A DNA stretch of 64,000 nucleotides from a virus. Shown piece by piece: positions 11,416-22,707 of this stretch. The notes under the pieces were generated by a model. That model searched no databases. It was not told the DNA's origin and saw only the letters and a program-made list of their open reading frames with translations. Where the stretch lies: positions 96,001 to 160,000 of the IMG/VR virus record IMGVR_UViG_3300017963_000003; one strand, 5' to 3'. How positions within the stretch are numbered: position 1 is the first letter of the stretch; each line of letters starts with the position of its first letter. Position numbers and translations under genes: made by a program.

Positions 11416-11491
11416 GTCTCGGTAGCTGAGTTGGTTCAAGCGCTGGGCTGCAACCCCGGAGACACCCGTTCAAGTCGGGTCCGAGACTCCA
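11416..11491 (+). tRNA. tRNA-Cys(GCA)
   Basis: Arm CTGGG-CTGCAAC-CCCGG; encoded CCA. Confidence 0.85.
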
Positions 11492-11492
11492 C

Positions 11493-11577
11493 GGAAGGAT
11501 GGCTGAGAGGTAAAGCAGCGGGTTGCTAACCCGTGGTCGTCCGCCAGGACGCGGAGGTTCGATCCCTCCTCCTTCCG
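11493..11577 (+). tRNA. tRNA-Ser(GCT)
   Basis: Arm GCGGG-TTGCTAA-CCCGT, long variable arm, G73. Confidence 0.9.
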
Positions 11578-11582
11578 CAAAC

Positions 11583-11656
11583 GGGTGGGTAGCTTGAACT
11601 GGTAGAGCACCGGACTCCAAATCCGGAAGGTCCAGGTTCGAATCCTGGCTCACCTG
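11583..11656 (+). tRNA. tRNA-Trp(CCA)
   Basis: Arm CCGGA-CTCCAAA-TCCGG. Confidence 0.9.
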
Positions 11657-11661
11657 CTGAT

Positions 11662-11737
11662 GCGTCCGTAGGCTAATTGGCAAAGTCGCCTCGCTCAAAA
11701 TGAGGGTCAACTCTCGGTTCGAGTCCGAGCGGACGCA
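11662..11737 (+). tRNA. tRNA-Leu(CAA), short variable region
   Basis: Arm CCTCG-CTCAAAA-TGAGG; A73. Confidence 0.8.
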
Positions 11738-11741
11738 CAAA

Positions 11742-11814
11742 GGACGGATAGCTCAGTTGGTAGAGCGGTGGCTTGTTAAGCCAAGGCGCGGGGGTTCGAG
11801 TCCCTCTCCGTCCG
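11742..11814 (+). tRNA. tRNA-Asn(GTT)
   Basis: Arm TGGC-TTGTTAA-GCCA. Confidence 0.85.
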
Positions 11815-11819
11815 CAGTT

Positions 11820-11892
11820 GCGCGTGTAGGCCAACGGAAGAGTCGCCAGGTTCAGAACCTGGATGTTGGAGGTTCGAATCCTCTCACGCGCA
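11820..11892 (+). tRNA. tRNA-Leu(CAG), short variable region
   Basis: Arm CCAGG-TTCAGAA-CCTGG; A73. Confidence 0.8.
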
Positions 11893-11897
11893 CCGTT

Positions 11898-11969
11898 GGG
11901 TAGGTAACTCAGTAGGTAGAGTGCCGGCCTGAAAAGCCGGATGCGGCGGTTCGATTCCGCCCCTGCTCA
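11898..11969 (+). tRNA. tRNA-Phe(GAA)
   Basis: Arm CCGGC-CTGAAAA-GCCGG. Confidence 0.9.
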
Positions 11970-11973
11970 CTAT

Positions 11974-12046
11974 GCCCGTGTAGGCCAACGGCAGAGTCGC
12001 TGGATCGAGGGTCCAGAGGTTGGTGGTTCGAATCCACTCACGGGCA
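11974..12046 (+). tRNA. tRNA-Leu(GAG), short variable region, C33
   Basis: Arm CTGGA-TCGAGGG-TCCAG; A73. Confidence 0.75.
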
Positions 12047-12050
12047 TTCT

Positions 12051-12137
12051 GGGAGCCGTCATAAGGCAGGCTGGGCCTACGGAGCGCTGTAAACGCTCTC
12101 CTCCACGAGGCACGTGGTTCGATTCCACCGGCTCCCA
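12051..12137 (+). tRNA. tRNA-Tyr(GTA), atypical D arm
   Basis: Arm GAGCG-CTGTAAA-CGCTC; acceptor GGGAGCC/GGCTCCC; extra bases before the D stem. Confidence 0.75.
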
Positions 12138-13375
12138 CCGCACGTCAAACCTCTACAACTACTTCGGGGTTCATCACTAGGATGCATTCGACGTCCCATC
12201 CGTACAAGTCTGGAGGTACGTCGTCACCTTCGCTGCCGTGCTGACGAGCATTACCGAATCGCGTGAGCCATTGACCTTCTTCGGTGAGGTAGATAACGTC
12301 CCAGAACTCTCGCATCCGCTCGAAGTCTATGAAAACGTGACGAGGGAGAACCCTGTCACTCCTGGAGGGGGTAAGCTCGGATCAGCGCCAAGAGATCTGT
12401 GTACCTGTGAACGGTCTTGACCCTACAGTGCGGGCAGAGCAGAAAGTCAAAATACTCCTCTAGGTCCTCTATGTGGAATTCTTCCTCTTCGCACCACTCC
12501 CTCCAAGGGTCCCTTTTCCTACCACGATCATCCTGATAGATCGGACCAGCCCAGAGACCACCAGAAGGCTTGCAGAACCTACGATTGGCTACCTCGTTGT
12601 ACTTCTGCATATCGAAACACGGAGAACCGTAGTGGCGGTATATGGTGCTCGGAGGGAGACGCATTCAAGGGGTCTCCGCCGAATGGACTATGAGCAACTG
12701 TAGACGGTGCGCCCCGTCCACGTAGGCCTTCCCGCTCGCATTCGCTTCCTCCGGGTAATGGATCTCGTGCCGAATTCCAGTAACACAGTCCCTGAAGTGC
12801 TCCTCTCCGTCGTGATACCCAACGACTTCGATCTTGAGATCGGGCGGCAGAACCTTGAGCACCTTCAACAGTTCATCAACCCTCAACGCCATCTCCACCC
12901 TCCTTTGCGTCTTCTATCTTTTCCTGAAGAGTACGTGTGTCGTGCTTTCCCTCGTTGAACTCTTCATGGAGACGCTGCTTCAACTCGGGGTCCTCGCTGC
13001 CGACGAGGAAGGGGTCGCCGTCCATGATTCCCGCAGCACGCTTGTTGACGACATACCCTCCAGGACCCTCCTGGAACATGTACTTCGACTCCACCTTGGC
13101 CTTGACCTGAACGAACTCCAGCTTCGACATCGAACTCCGTAGCTTGTTGTAGGACTTCCCCAGAGCGCCTATCGCCTTGTGCTGCCGCTCGATGGTCTGC
13201 CGTTGGCCGGAGAGCTGCTCCTCGAAGAATTCGCACGCTCGCTGGAGACGATCAACCCGGCGACGAAGAGCGCAGTTCTCGTTTCGCAGCTCTTCTTCCC
13301 TACGGCGTTGATGCTCGCATGCGCAAGGATCGTCTGGGTAGCTCGTGCTGCTGCACTTTGAACACTCGTGATCAC

Positions 13376-13675
13376 TCACCGTCCACCCCCCTCCATCGCG
13401 AATACGTGCCAGACAAGACGACCCTTGGCCATCTGGAAAGAGCCGTAGTGGCCCCCCACGTTTTCCTTCAGAGGGTGTCCGGTTCCGCACAAGCGAAATC
13501 GTCGACGCTCCATCGGGGCCTCAGTGTCGACACGCGCCCACATGCAAGCCTGCTCGGCAGACGCTAGCGAATACACCGGCTGGGACTCGACGACGAGGAT
13601 TTCGGCACCCTCGGGCATCTCCAGCTCAACGATGTCGGAGATCTGGAACGGGAACTTCCCCACAGTCTGCATCAC
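13376..13675 (-). CDS. Conserved small phage protein (ELEMPEGAEIL...MWARVDTEAP...FRLCGTGHP type)
   Basis: Recognisable widespread phage hypothetical motif; no function known to me. Confidence 0.65.
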   Translation of the reverse strand: MMQTVGKFPFQISDIVELEMPEGAEILVVESQPVYSLASAEQACMWARVDTEAPMERRRFRLCGTGHPLKENVGGHYGSFQMAKGRLVWHVFAMEGGGR

Positions 13676-14571
13676 TGGCCCTCCTTTTCCTCTTCCGAGC
13701 GCTCCTCCAGGAGCTGATTGAGACGCTTCGTGTAGCGCAGAGCCTCGTCTGTATCGAACGCCTCAATCACACTCAGCAGTTCTGACTCCCTCCACAGATC
13801 CTTCACCCACTGCATCATGAAATTTCGCCCTTCGGGGCGCATCATCATCGCATCGAAGCTCTTTGTAGGCGTAGGAGGATGATGTTGGAGCCAGCAGAGC
13901 TGACACGCAATGAGCCCCTCTCTGGCCGTTACACCACTCCCCTTCGTGTCGCGCCCACAGTACGGGCAAGGTTGTTTCTTTTTCGTCATCTCAAGCCTCC
14001 TCCCCGTACTGCCCTTCTTGATCTGGAGCATCGACACCCTCTCCCAAGTTCAGCCGGGCCAACTCTTTCCCCGTCTCGCAAATGAATTTCTTCATCCTTT
14101 TCTGAATGGTCTCGGCGGCTTCAATCGATTTTTCAAGAAGTTCTTTTCTAGTGCGGAACCAGGGGCCGATGTCATCACCGGTCTCTTCGACCAAAACGTG
14201 CGCCTCCAGCTTTTCTCGACACTTCCATAGTACTAGCCAAGGATGGCCTGGCATCGTTGAATACATAGCGCCCTGGTTGTCGTGCCTCAGGTACTCGAAC
14301 TGTGCATCCATAAGATCGAGACTCTGAGTGTCCAAGACAAAAATCTTTTCCGGAGCCCATTCTGGTCTTTCACCCACGGCGCTACACCCAACCCTTCTTC
14401 TCGGCCCACCATTCAGTAACCATGAGAACCCCATCGTCTCCCTTCCGCCACACGTCGCTGTCTTCGGTTATCTGGCTCTGTGGTATCCATTCAGGCTCGT
14501 CGAAGTCTGGAGCCTCCACCAAAATGGCCGTCTCCGTCTCCGCCGTACACTCTGCGTCTTCTATCCTGAAA

Positions 14572-15354
14572 TCAGTCATCGTACTCTTCCTCAAGCGCCA
14601 TTATCAAGCGCTGCATGTCGGCCTTGTAGAAGCCCGCACAGTTGATACATCCGCACTCAACGATCTTCCAGCCGGTCTCGGTGAGTGCAACATCCATCAC
14701 GAACGACCGGGCTAGGCAGAACCGGTTGATCATCTTCTCGCAGAACCACGACGCCTCAGGAGGAACATCGATACTGAAGAACGGGCGGCCCCCGAGCTTG
14801 TAGCAGCTCTGCGCGGCGATTTTGGCCCCTACGACCCAGAAACGGTACTCCTGCCGTACCCGCTTCACCGGGGCCACCTGGATAGGCGTCTCGTCCCTCA
14901 AGGACGTAACCAGCCCTCCGCCCTTAACACCCTGCTGGTGATCGTAGCGGAACTTCATCCAGGAGGTCATATTGAAGACCCCTCCGTTGAACTCCTTGCC
15001 GTCACCACACGGACGAATGAAGTAGTTACCTATCGGCCAGGGAAAGTCCTCACCGAACAGGTAGACGTTGGAATCGAAATTGAGGAGGTAGTGTTGGTAA
15101 TGGTTCCGGTACACTAGAAAGTTGTGGTTCGGGGACAGCACCACCCCCGGCACCCAACCAAGTTTCGACGCCAGCCGGGCCAGCTTCAACGACCCGAACA
15201 CGAAAACGTCCTTACGGTCGGTCTGGAACTCGAACTCCTCGACGAACGGCAAGACCCTTACAACCTCCCAATCGAGTCCGAGCCTCTCTAAGGTATCGGT
15301 GAGAGAGTCATAGCCTTCCTCGCGAAAGACGTTTTCTTGGATGACGTAGTACAT
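14572..15354 (-). CDS. ATP-grasp protein, R2K clade (DUF4343-like)
   Basis: YFIRPCGDGKEFNGGV, QEYRFWVVG, FVMDVA, WKIVECGCINCAGFY. Confidence 0.75.
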   Translation of the reverse strand: MYYVIQENVFREEGYDSLTDTLERLGLDWEVVRVLPFVEEFEFQTDRKDVFVFGSLKLARLASKLGWVPGVVLSPNHNFLVYRNHYQHYLLNFDSNVYLFGEDFPWPIGNYFIRPCGDGKEFNGGVFNMTSWMKFRYDHQQGVKGGGLVTSLRDETPIQVAPVKRVRQEYRFWVVGAKIAAQSCYKLGGRPFFSIDVPPEASWFCEKMINRFCLARSFVMDVALTETGWKIVECGCINCAGFYKADMQRLIMALEEEYDD

Positions 15355-16635
15355 CAGTTCACGGTCCAGTCACCATTCACCCCTTCGTGTTGCTTGTGAA
15401 ACTCCAGATCAGAGCAACCAACCAACCGATTACGCTCCACCCGAAGAAGAGGTTGACCAGCAGGATAGGGCCTCCGTTGTTGTGCTTGCGTGCCGCCGCC
15501 ACAACCGTCGGGAGGAAGTAAAGAAAAACGAAAAGAATGACCGTACCAGTACCCATACCAAACCTCCCTTATCCAACCTTCACTGCCTGAATCTTCGCTA
15601 CCGCCCACGGAGGGTGCTCCCGCGTCATCTCGTGGGTAACTCGGAAATAGACGTCCTTACGGTCGACCCCGAGCATCTCAGCCACTTCGCGCTCGGTGAG
15701 GACCAGCTCAGCCACGATCTGTTCTTTCTTGGGCTCTTTTGGGTAGTCGTACTTCGGCATCAAAACACCTTGACCTCAGCGTAGCCCGTCCCGTTCTCGG
15801 ACTTCACGTAGAGCTTCCCTTGCGTGCACAGCCACATCAGGTTGATCGACCGACGGACCACCTCGGCGTTGGAAGACATGTCGAGACTTTCTCGAATCTC
15901 GCGAACTCTCTCCATCTGTAGAGCAGAGAAGTCGAACTGCACCCGTGAGTAGCCTCCCTTTCGAGCCGGCTTAGGCATCCTCGTCCTCCGTGATCGTCCG
16001 GTCGACGTGAGCAAGGTCGTCGGCCACCCGCTCAACCAGCTCTCGCGTGATGTCATCGTTGGACAGCTTGGTGTTCCCGTAAGCAAAGCTCCTGCGCTGC
16101 GCCTCACGCTCTTCGTCAGAGATCGTGCGTTCGAAGGGCTCAACCGTGACGGGCACCTCCGTAGCAACGACATCTTCATCCGCCGAAGCAGGCATCGCGT
16201 GTTCACGGCCGATAGGGTAGATCTCGCCTGCGTCTAGACGACGGTCTAGTTCATCGTCATCGATGCTCAAAGCGTCTTTGAGCGCCTCCCTGACGGCCAT
16301 CGCCATCCCACAGATACACGACCCCTTGTCGATGAAACCCCCGCATTCCGGACATCGCACGTACTCAGACATCTGCGCCTCAACCCCCCTTGTACGGCGG
16401 CATTCCGTCAATGACGTACTCGCCGTCCGGGTTGTCCATCTCTTCGGAGCAGCAGTAACCGGGATCATCCGGGTCCCAGCCTTCTGCAAGCGTGGAGACG
16501 TCAATCGACGTATCCGGTGACTCTGAGGTCGTCTCGGGCTCCTCGATTTCGTCGAGAAGCTCGATCACACCAGCCGCCAGCAACATCGTACTCTCCAGGG
16601 GAACCGGCCCGTGGAGAGTCTCGCCCATGAGGCCC

Positions 16636-17040
16636 TCAGCCAGTTTCCTGAGATCCTTGCGGTTCGTCTTCATCGTCGTCCTCCCACCATTCCTCGATCA
16701 TCCCACACACGCGCTCTCGGGCACGCGGAGTCAATTCCACCAGACAGTCGAAGTCCACATCCGGGGCAGCACAGAAGTGCTCCGTCAGAAGCTCCCAGAG
16801 ACCTCCGTAGACGTACCCTTCGCAGAAAAACACGTCACGGACACTCAGGCAGTCCTTGCAGGTCTTGAAGGTGTGCGTGGACCCGTCCCAGACCCCGAAG
16901 ACGTGTTCGTAGTCTTCACCGGCTCCGATAGTCCGCGAGCAGTCCGTGCACTTGTGCTCCTTCCGAGCCTTGCGTACCTTCGAGTCTGTGAAATCCGCAG
17001 GGTCGTAGTCCCCGACATAGACACAGGAGCATGCATCCAT
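16636..17040 (-). CDS. Conserved phage Zn-finger protein (RKARKEHKCTDC...TFKTCKDC)
   Basis: Two CxxC pairs in a common phage family pattern. Confidence 0.65.
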   Translation of the reverse strand: MDACSCVYVGDYDPADFTDSKVRKARKEHKCTDCSRTIGAGEDYEHVFGVWDGSTHTFKTCKDCLSVRDVFFCEGYVYGGLWELLTEHFCAAPDVDFDCLVELTPRARERVCGMIEEWWEDDDEDEPQGSQETG

Positions 17041-17609
17041 CTACTCACCTCCTAGCTGAGTCTTGGTGAACTTGCCCATCATCACAGGGACTACCGTAAC
17101 GGTCTCTCCCATACTGCTGAGCTGGCGAGCCTGGTGCTCGGCTTCCTTCAGGGTGTGGAAGCCTCCGGGGCAGCAAGAATCGATCTTGATGGTCCCCTCC
17201 GTAGAGATGCTGACCACCAATACGATGTACACCATACTGCTCACGCTCTCCTCCCGTACAACCCACTTACAAGCCTCGCCTATATAGCATAGGCGAGTGG
17301 ACAAGTCAACTATAAAGAGCTAGTCGCGATCCAAGATCTCGACGATGCGGTCCGCAGGGACCTCCAAATGGTCTTTCTGGTAGCCCTCACAGAGCTTTCG
17401 AATCTGGTCGAGCTTCACCCTGATCCGGAACAACTCACCGGCCTGCACGCCATTGAACTGCTCGCGGGGGACGATGGCGTAACCGTCCAGGTGCGCCACC
17501 GCGACCTCGACCGGTTCCCGTGTCTCGGGATCGATCATCATGCAGCCCGTAAACAAGATCTCATCAGGCCTTCTTGCCGCGATGTGGCAGTTCACCACTC
17601 TAGACTTCC

Positions 17610-18344
17610 TCACGAGTTTCCCTCCTTGGCTGCTAGGAACCCTCGGGGGATAACGGGGTTCCGCATCTCGATCTCACCCACGCCTGCACACTTCGTGCAC
17701 TTGTTATAGATCTTCCGGATGTCCTTCTTGGGGACTTCGACCGTACCGTGCCCGTCACAAGCGTTGCAGGTCTGCCCCACCTTGTCCGTGCCGGGGATGT
17801 ACCTGGCCCGACGGAGAAAGTCGAAAGCAGACCGCGCGGAGTACTGCTTCTTCTTCCTTGGGTAGAACCAACCGGTACCCTTGCAGAGATAGCACTCCCC
17901 GGAAACCTTACCCGTCTTGGGATGCTTGTACTTACCGTCACCGCCGCACTTGCGACACGGGTACCGTACGAGACCACCGCCTCCGCACTTCTCGCACGTG
18001 GCAGTCTCGTATCCGACGGTCTTCGTGAACTCCTGGTACCCCCGACCTTGGCAGGTCTCGCAGGTCCTGGCAGACGTCGTGAGAGGGTAGCCATGACCCA
18101 ACTCCACCAGAGGTGTCCCATCGACGGTAGAAAGGGCCTTGTCGGTCCCGGAAGCCCCGGTAGCAGAGACATGCCCCTCTAGCGTAGAAAAGGCCGCCTG
18201 AAGCTCCTGAAAGGCCTCCCCTGAGCCTCCGGTGTCGGGATGGGCGAGCAGGGACTGCTTTCGGAAAGCCGACTTCAGCTCTGTGAAGGTGAACTTGGCG
18301 TCCACCGAGAAACCCAGCAATTCCCTGGCACGAAGCTCCTTCAC
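17610..18344 (-). CDS. DnaJ-like protein: J domain plus CxxCxGxG zinc-finger repeats
   Basis: AHPDTGG (HPD motif); CETCQGRG, CEKCGGGG, CRKCGGDG, CYLCKGTG, CNACDGHG, CTKCAGVG; lacks the C-terminal substrate-binding domain. Confidence 0.85.
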   Translation of the reverse strand: MKELRARELLGFSVDAKFTFTELKSAFRKQSLLAHPDTGGSGEAFQELQAAFSTLEGHVSATGASGTDKALSTVDGTPLVELGHGYPLTTSARTCETCQGRGYQEFTKTVGYETATCEKCGGGGLVRYPCRKCGGDGKYKHPKTGKVSGECYLCKGTGWFYPRKKKQYSARSAFDFLRRARYIPGTDKVGQTCNACDGHGTVEVPKKDIRKIYNKCTKCAGVGEIEMRNPVIPRGFLAAKEGNS

Positions 18345-21300
18345 GGGGAGGTGCTCCCGTCTTTCAGGCCCGGACGGTCTTTCTCGGAGTCGACAATCGT
18401 GACGGGTGCGAGACCCAGCACGGTCCCTTTGGGGATCACCACATCACCCACCGCCGTGCGAACTTCCACCGTGACCTCAGGATCGACGTACCGCTGGCGG
18501 GGGTAGTTGCGCTCGCACCATTGACCGAGAAAGAAAGCCCCGATCAGCGCAGCGGGAAAGACCAGTAGGATGACCCAGAAGAGCACTACTGGGCCTTCGA
18601 CGACAGACGAAGCTGTACGCAATCAGCCGGTGTGGTCAACTCTATCTCACGACTGATTTGCAAACCATGCTTGTCTACGGCCGCGACCCGGTCGACGATC
18701 TTGCCGTCAGGGCTCGTGAAGGTCTTCCCCACGTAGGGCGTGAACAGCTCGACCATCTTTTCCGGGTACCTCGCGCACTCCCACAGCATCTCCCGGTAGA
18801 CTTCCCACTCTGCCTTCTTCTTAGCCATCCTACTCCTCCACGGGTTCGATCTGCACATTGAGCCCTTCGCCGCTCTCTTCGTCTTGCGCTGCGAAATTGA
18901 TCAAATCTTCCCAGTTACCGAGGTCGGCTTCAGCCATCTCCTTCGGATCAGCTGTCCCATAGAACTTCGGGTTAGCCTCGTACTCATAGGTCACTGTCAG
19001 CCGCAGCTTCGTCATCTTGGGGTTCCCTCCATTTCTAGGTACTCTTCAAGGATCTCTTCCGGATCAGTCTTGCTGTTCGGATTCTTACCCTCCGACCACC
19101 GCCACTGACCGATCTCGTCTGCCATCATCCGCGCGATTTTTTCCCACCTTTTGGCCTCCCCGCGAATATAGATCATCTTCCCCTCGACACGTTGAGACAC
19201 GACGGCATGCGCGAACTGAGAGTCCTTGCGGTAACGGGAAACGTCCTTGATCGCCTGGGCCAGATCCGCCTCGGCTGCCTCGGCGCGCTTCCGGTACCCC
19301 GCAATGAGTTCTGATGCATCGAGCCTGAACTGGATATTTCCGTGGCCCATCTCAGTCCTCCGCTGACCACCACACGTACGCGGTCTCGTAGGTCGGGATG
19401 GGTACACCATGGAGATAGGACATGTACTCCAGCTTGACGTACTTCTCGTTATCTTGCCTGCGGCATCCGGAAAGGATATCCCCCATCACCATTAGCTCGT
19501 CTTCCAGATCCAGCATTATCTCATCGCACACAGACTGCTTCGAGTGGGTTACGTAGGCGTCGATGTCATCGTAGCATTCGTCGAGTTCCGACTCCAGAGA
19601 CTCCTCCTCTTGACGACAACGTCTGAGTTTCTTCAAGCTCTCCTCATGTCCCTTAGAGAGGTCCTTGAGCTTCTTCTGTACACGGCTCAATCGATCCGCG
19701 ATCAGACGTCGAGGTTCCCCACAGAACCCATGAGCCTCACACCACAGCTCTTCGTCCGTGGCCGGAGGCAGCTTCATGTCCTTTTCCAGCTCAGCGACTC
19801 TGCACTCCACAGATACTTCCTCGCGAAGCTCCTCCTTGAAGTCTTCGGTCTTCCACTGCGAGTAACCGTAGATCACTCCACAGGTAGCGCCGCCAGCCAG
19901 CACCAGGACGATCAACGACGCTACAATATCACTGACGTCTCTTGCCCCGGCGTCATCGCGCTCCCTGTCATCCGTCCGGCTGACAACAGAACCACAATGC
20001 TGGCATTTCAGGCTACCCATTCGGCCCACCCTTCATCGGTATCGGACCTTCCCCGTTGGCCCACTGACGTAGCTCCTCTACGGTGAACCAACCGCAGTTG
20101 TTCTCACGCTGCCGTCGAGGGTTCAGCCATGTCCGTACCACCCCGTCATCACCTCTGTGGAGCGTAGTGCCCATCGAGTACCAGTGGCATCCTGCGGTCT
20201 TCAGAACCTCTTCCAGGTCCCCCGCAGCGAGAACCCACGCGTCCCTGATCGCAATGCGCTCCAGATCGTCCCTCCTCCACTTGTCTAGAATCTTCTGGGA
20301 AACACGACTGGCGATGAGGATCATCAGCCCGCTACCCGCGAAGGGGTTCCGGGAACCAGATAGACAGACAAAAGCGTCCTTGTCCCGCAACGCATCGAAG
20401 ATCTCATCGAGCCGACGAAGACCGACTGGATCACGGGCGAGAAGAGCAAGCGACTCCTCGTTCCACGCACACGCCAGGTCATTGTCGTAGAAGTTCAGCT
20501 CTCCGAAATGGACTTCTCGAACCTCTCTGTCCCACAACGGTCTCGTATACGCGAAACCCTTTCCTTGCGGGTTATCTATCTTGCGGAGACCCGCCTCGGG
20601 GGTCTTGGTCACCCGGATAGCGTCAGCGCCCACGACATCCGGGTCCGTCCCGACCCCAAAAGCCTCCTTGATGTGCTTGATACCTACCTCGTGCTCGGCG
20701 CAGTAATCGTAACCCAATGAGACGCCGACGAACGTACCGTTCTCGACGATAAAGGACATCTCCCTCGTTGTTGCGCGCATTGTGCCCTCCGTAGCAAGTC
20801 CCGTACAACTCTCATAGCTATATCATAGGCTCACTAGCCTGTCAACCCTAAAGCACCCCGTGCCAAGCTATTTTCGGGGACGTACCCGTTTGAGGAGCAC
20901 CTGCACGACAGTCGTACCGTCCTCCGCCGCGCAGTCCCACATCGCAGCCAGCTCCCATCCGCGAGCCCCCTCCCCGTTTAGGATGCACGGGAGATCGTTA
21001 GACTCCGTGAGAACCATCTGCATCCTCCGGTACTGGATCAATGGAGTCTCAGAGTCGTAGTAAGTCGTGCACAGCTCACAGAGCCGATGCAACTTACGAC
21101 CGCCCGAGATCTGAATCGGCGTCAACCGATCTTTGATGTGCTCGTCACAGAAGCGCGCCCCGCAGTCGTCGCACATGTGTATACCGAAGGAATCTGTAGT
21201 AGCGTAACACCCTGGATGCGCGCACACCAGGGACGGCTTGTCCTTAGACATCGTCTCCCTCCACGGCTAGGATTTCGTCCATCCTCTGAGTGCCGATGGC

Positions 21301-21752
21301 CTCTCTGATCTTGGCCAAGTCGGTTTCCATGCGCTGGCACTGCTCGGACAGTCGATCCCTCTCGTCCCCCAGCTCCGCCCGCACCTCAAGCCCGCGAGTG
21401 ACATCTCCTCGGAGCTGATTGTTCAGCCTCTTGGCCTCCTTCAATAGCTCCTGGGTATCCCTGACCTCCAGACGAGCCTTCTGGGCTACCTCCTTGGCTT
21501 TCTCGGCATCTTCGTTCGCCCACTTGACCGCAGCGTCCTCGTTGAGTCGCATAAGGAATCGTGTAGATGTCGAAGGCACCATCTCGTCTCGGTAAACGGG
21601 ATTCCCGTACTGGTCCTGGTTCCCGCTCTGGCAAGACTGCATACGAGACTCCTGCTCTTGATACACCCCCACGATCTCGTACCCGCAGAGAGACAGCGCG
21701 TGAACTTTCTCCTCCTCGACGACCTGAACCTCTCCCGTCAATTCCATCTTGA

Positions 21753-22196
21753 TCATTTTCCGTCCTCCTTTTCGTGGAGTTCCTCCCGCAGCTGGATCAA
21801 CTCTGCCAGCACGGGGTCATCGGGCTCTTCGTACTTCTCAGGTTCCACGGTCTTGGCCCCTTTGTAGAGGTTGCATTGAGGACACGCCAACTGGAGGTTG
21901 GTGAGGTCAAACTCAGCACCTCCCTTGGAGAGAGGTACGATGTGGTCGACATGGAACTTCTGGTGTCGCCGGATGCGCGAGCCGCAAATCATACAGATAC
22001 CCCCATCGCGCTCGTAGACGACCCTGCGAACCCTCTTCCAGTCCGTCCCCATGAAGAAGTCGCGCAGACACTCCCGGCCGCAGAACGACGTTCTCCTGCC
22101 GCTCAGGGTCTTCCCGCATACCCTACAAAGACGTCGCCCCTGCGCGTCCTTACGGTACGGGAACAGCTTCGCATTGCTGTGAACGAGTCGACTCAT
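21753..22196 (-). CDS. HNH endonuclease
   Basis: RDGGICMICG...HVDHIVPLSKGG...NLQLACPQCNLYKG. Confidence 0.9.
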   Translation of the reverse strand: MSRLVHSNAKLFPYRKDAQGRRLCRVCGKTLSGRRTSFCGRECLRDFFMGTDWKRVRRVVYERDGGICMICGSRIRRHQKFHVDHIVPLSKGGAEFDLTNLQLACPQCNLYKGAKTVEPEKYEEPDDPVLAELIQLREELHEKEDGK

Positions 22197-22425
22197 TCCG
22201 AAAACCCAGCAACCAACGGGAACACCTTGTCGAAGCACTCTCGGGCATCGACGTACTGCTCCGGACGAACCCTCTTCGGGGTATCCATGAACTCTTCTAC
22301 GTTCGCGGTGATGCCGAGGTTGACCAGCTCGTCGAAGCACTCGCAGCAGATGTACCCAAGCCGGTTCGAGTAGCGATCACACATCACGTTGTCGCAACCT
22401 GTCCTGTCGCACGCCATCACTCCCA

Positions 22426-22707
22426 TCATGCACCTCTCTGAAGGGGGATCACGGAAAACTTGCACGGAGTCCCGTCGGTCAACCTCTTGATCCGAATCGC
22501 CCGTTTGTCTCTCGAAGGACCCAGCTCGATGTACCCAAAACGCACTAGCTCGTCGAGATGGTCCTTCACCGTACCTACGTTCCGCAACTGTAGCAGATCT
22601 GCGAGCCGGCGGCGCGTCGGAGGATAGCCCATGCGGTCGATATAGGAAATCACCGTCTCCAGCACTTCGAGCTGACGGGTGGTCGGTTTTGTACTCTTGA
22701 GGGCCAT
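22426..22707 (-). CDS. Second LexA-type DNA-binding-domain protein, no peptidase domain
   Basis: TTRQLEVLETVISYIDRMGYPPTRRRLADLLQLRNVGTVKDHLDELVRFGYI. Confidence 0.8.
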   Translation of the reverse strand: MALKSTKPTTRQLEVLETVISYIDRMGYPPTRRRLADLLQLRNVGTVKDHLDELVRFGYIELGPSRDKRAIRIKRLTDGTPCKFSVIPLQRGA

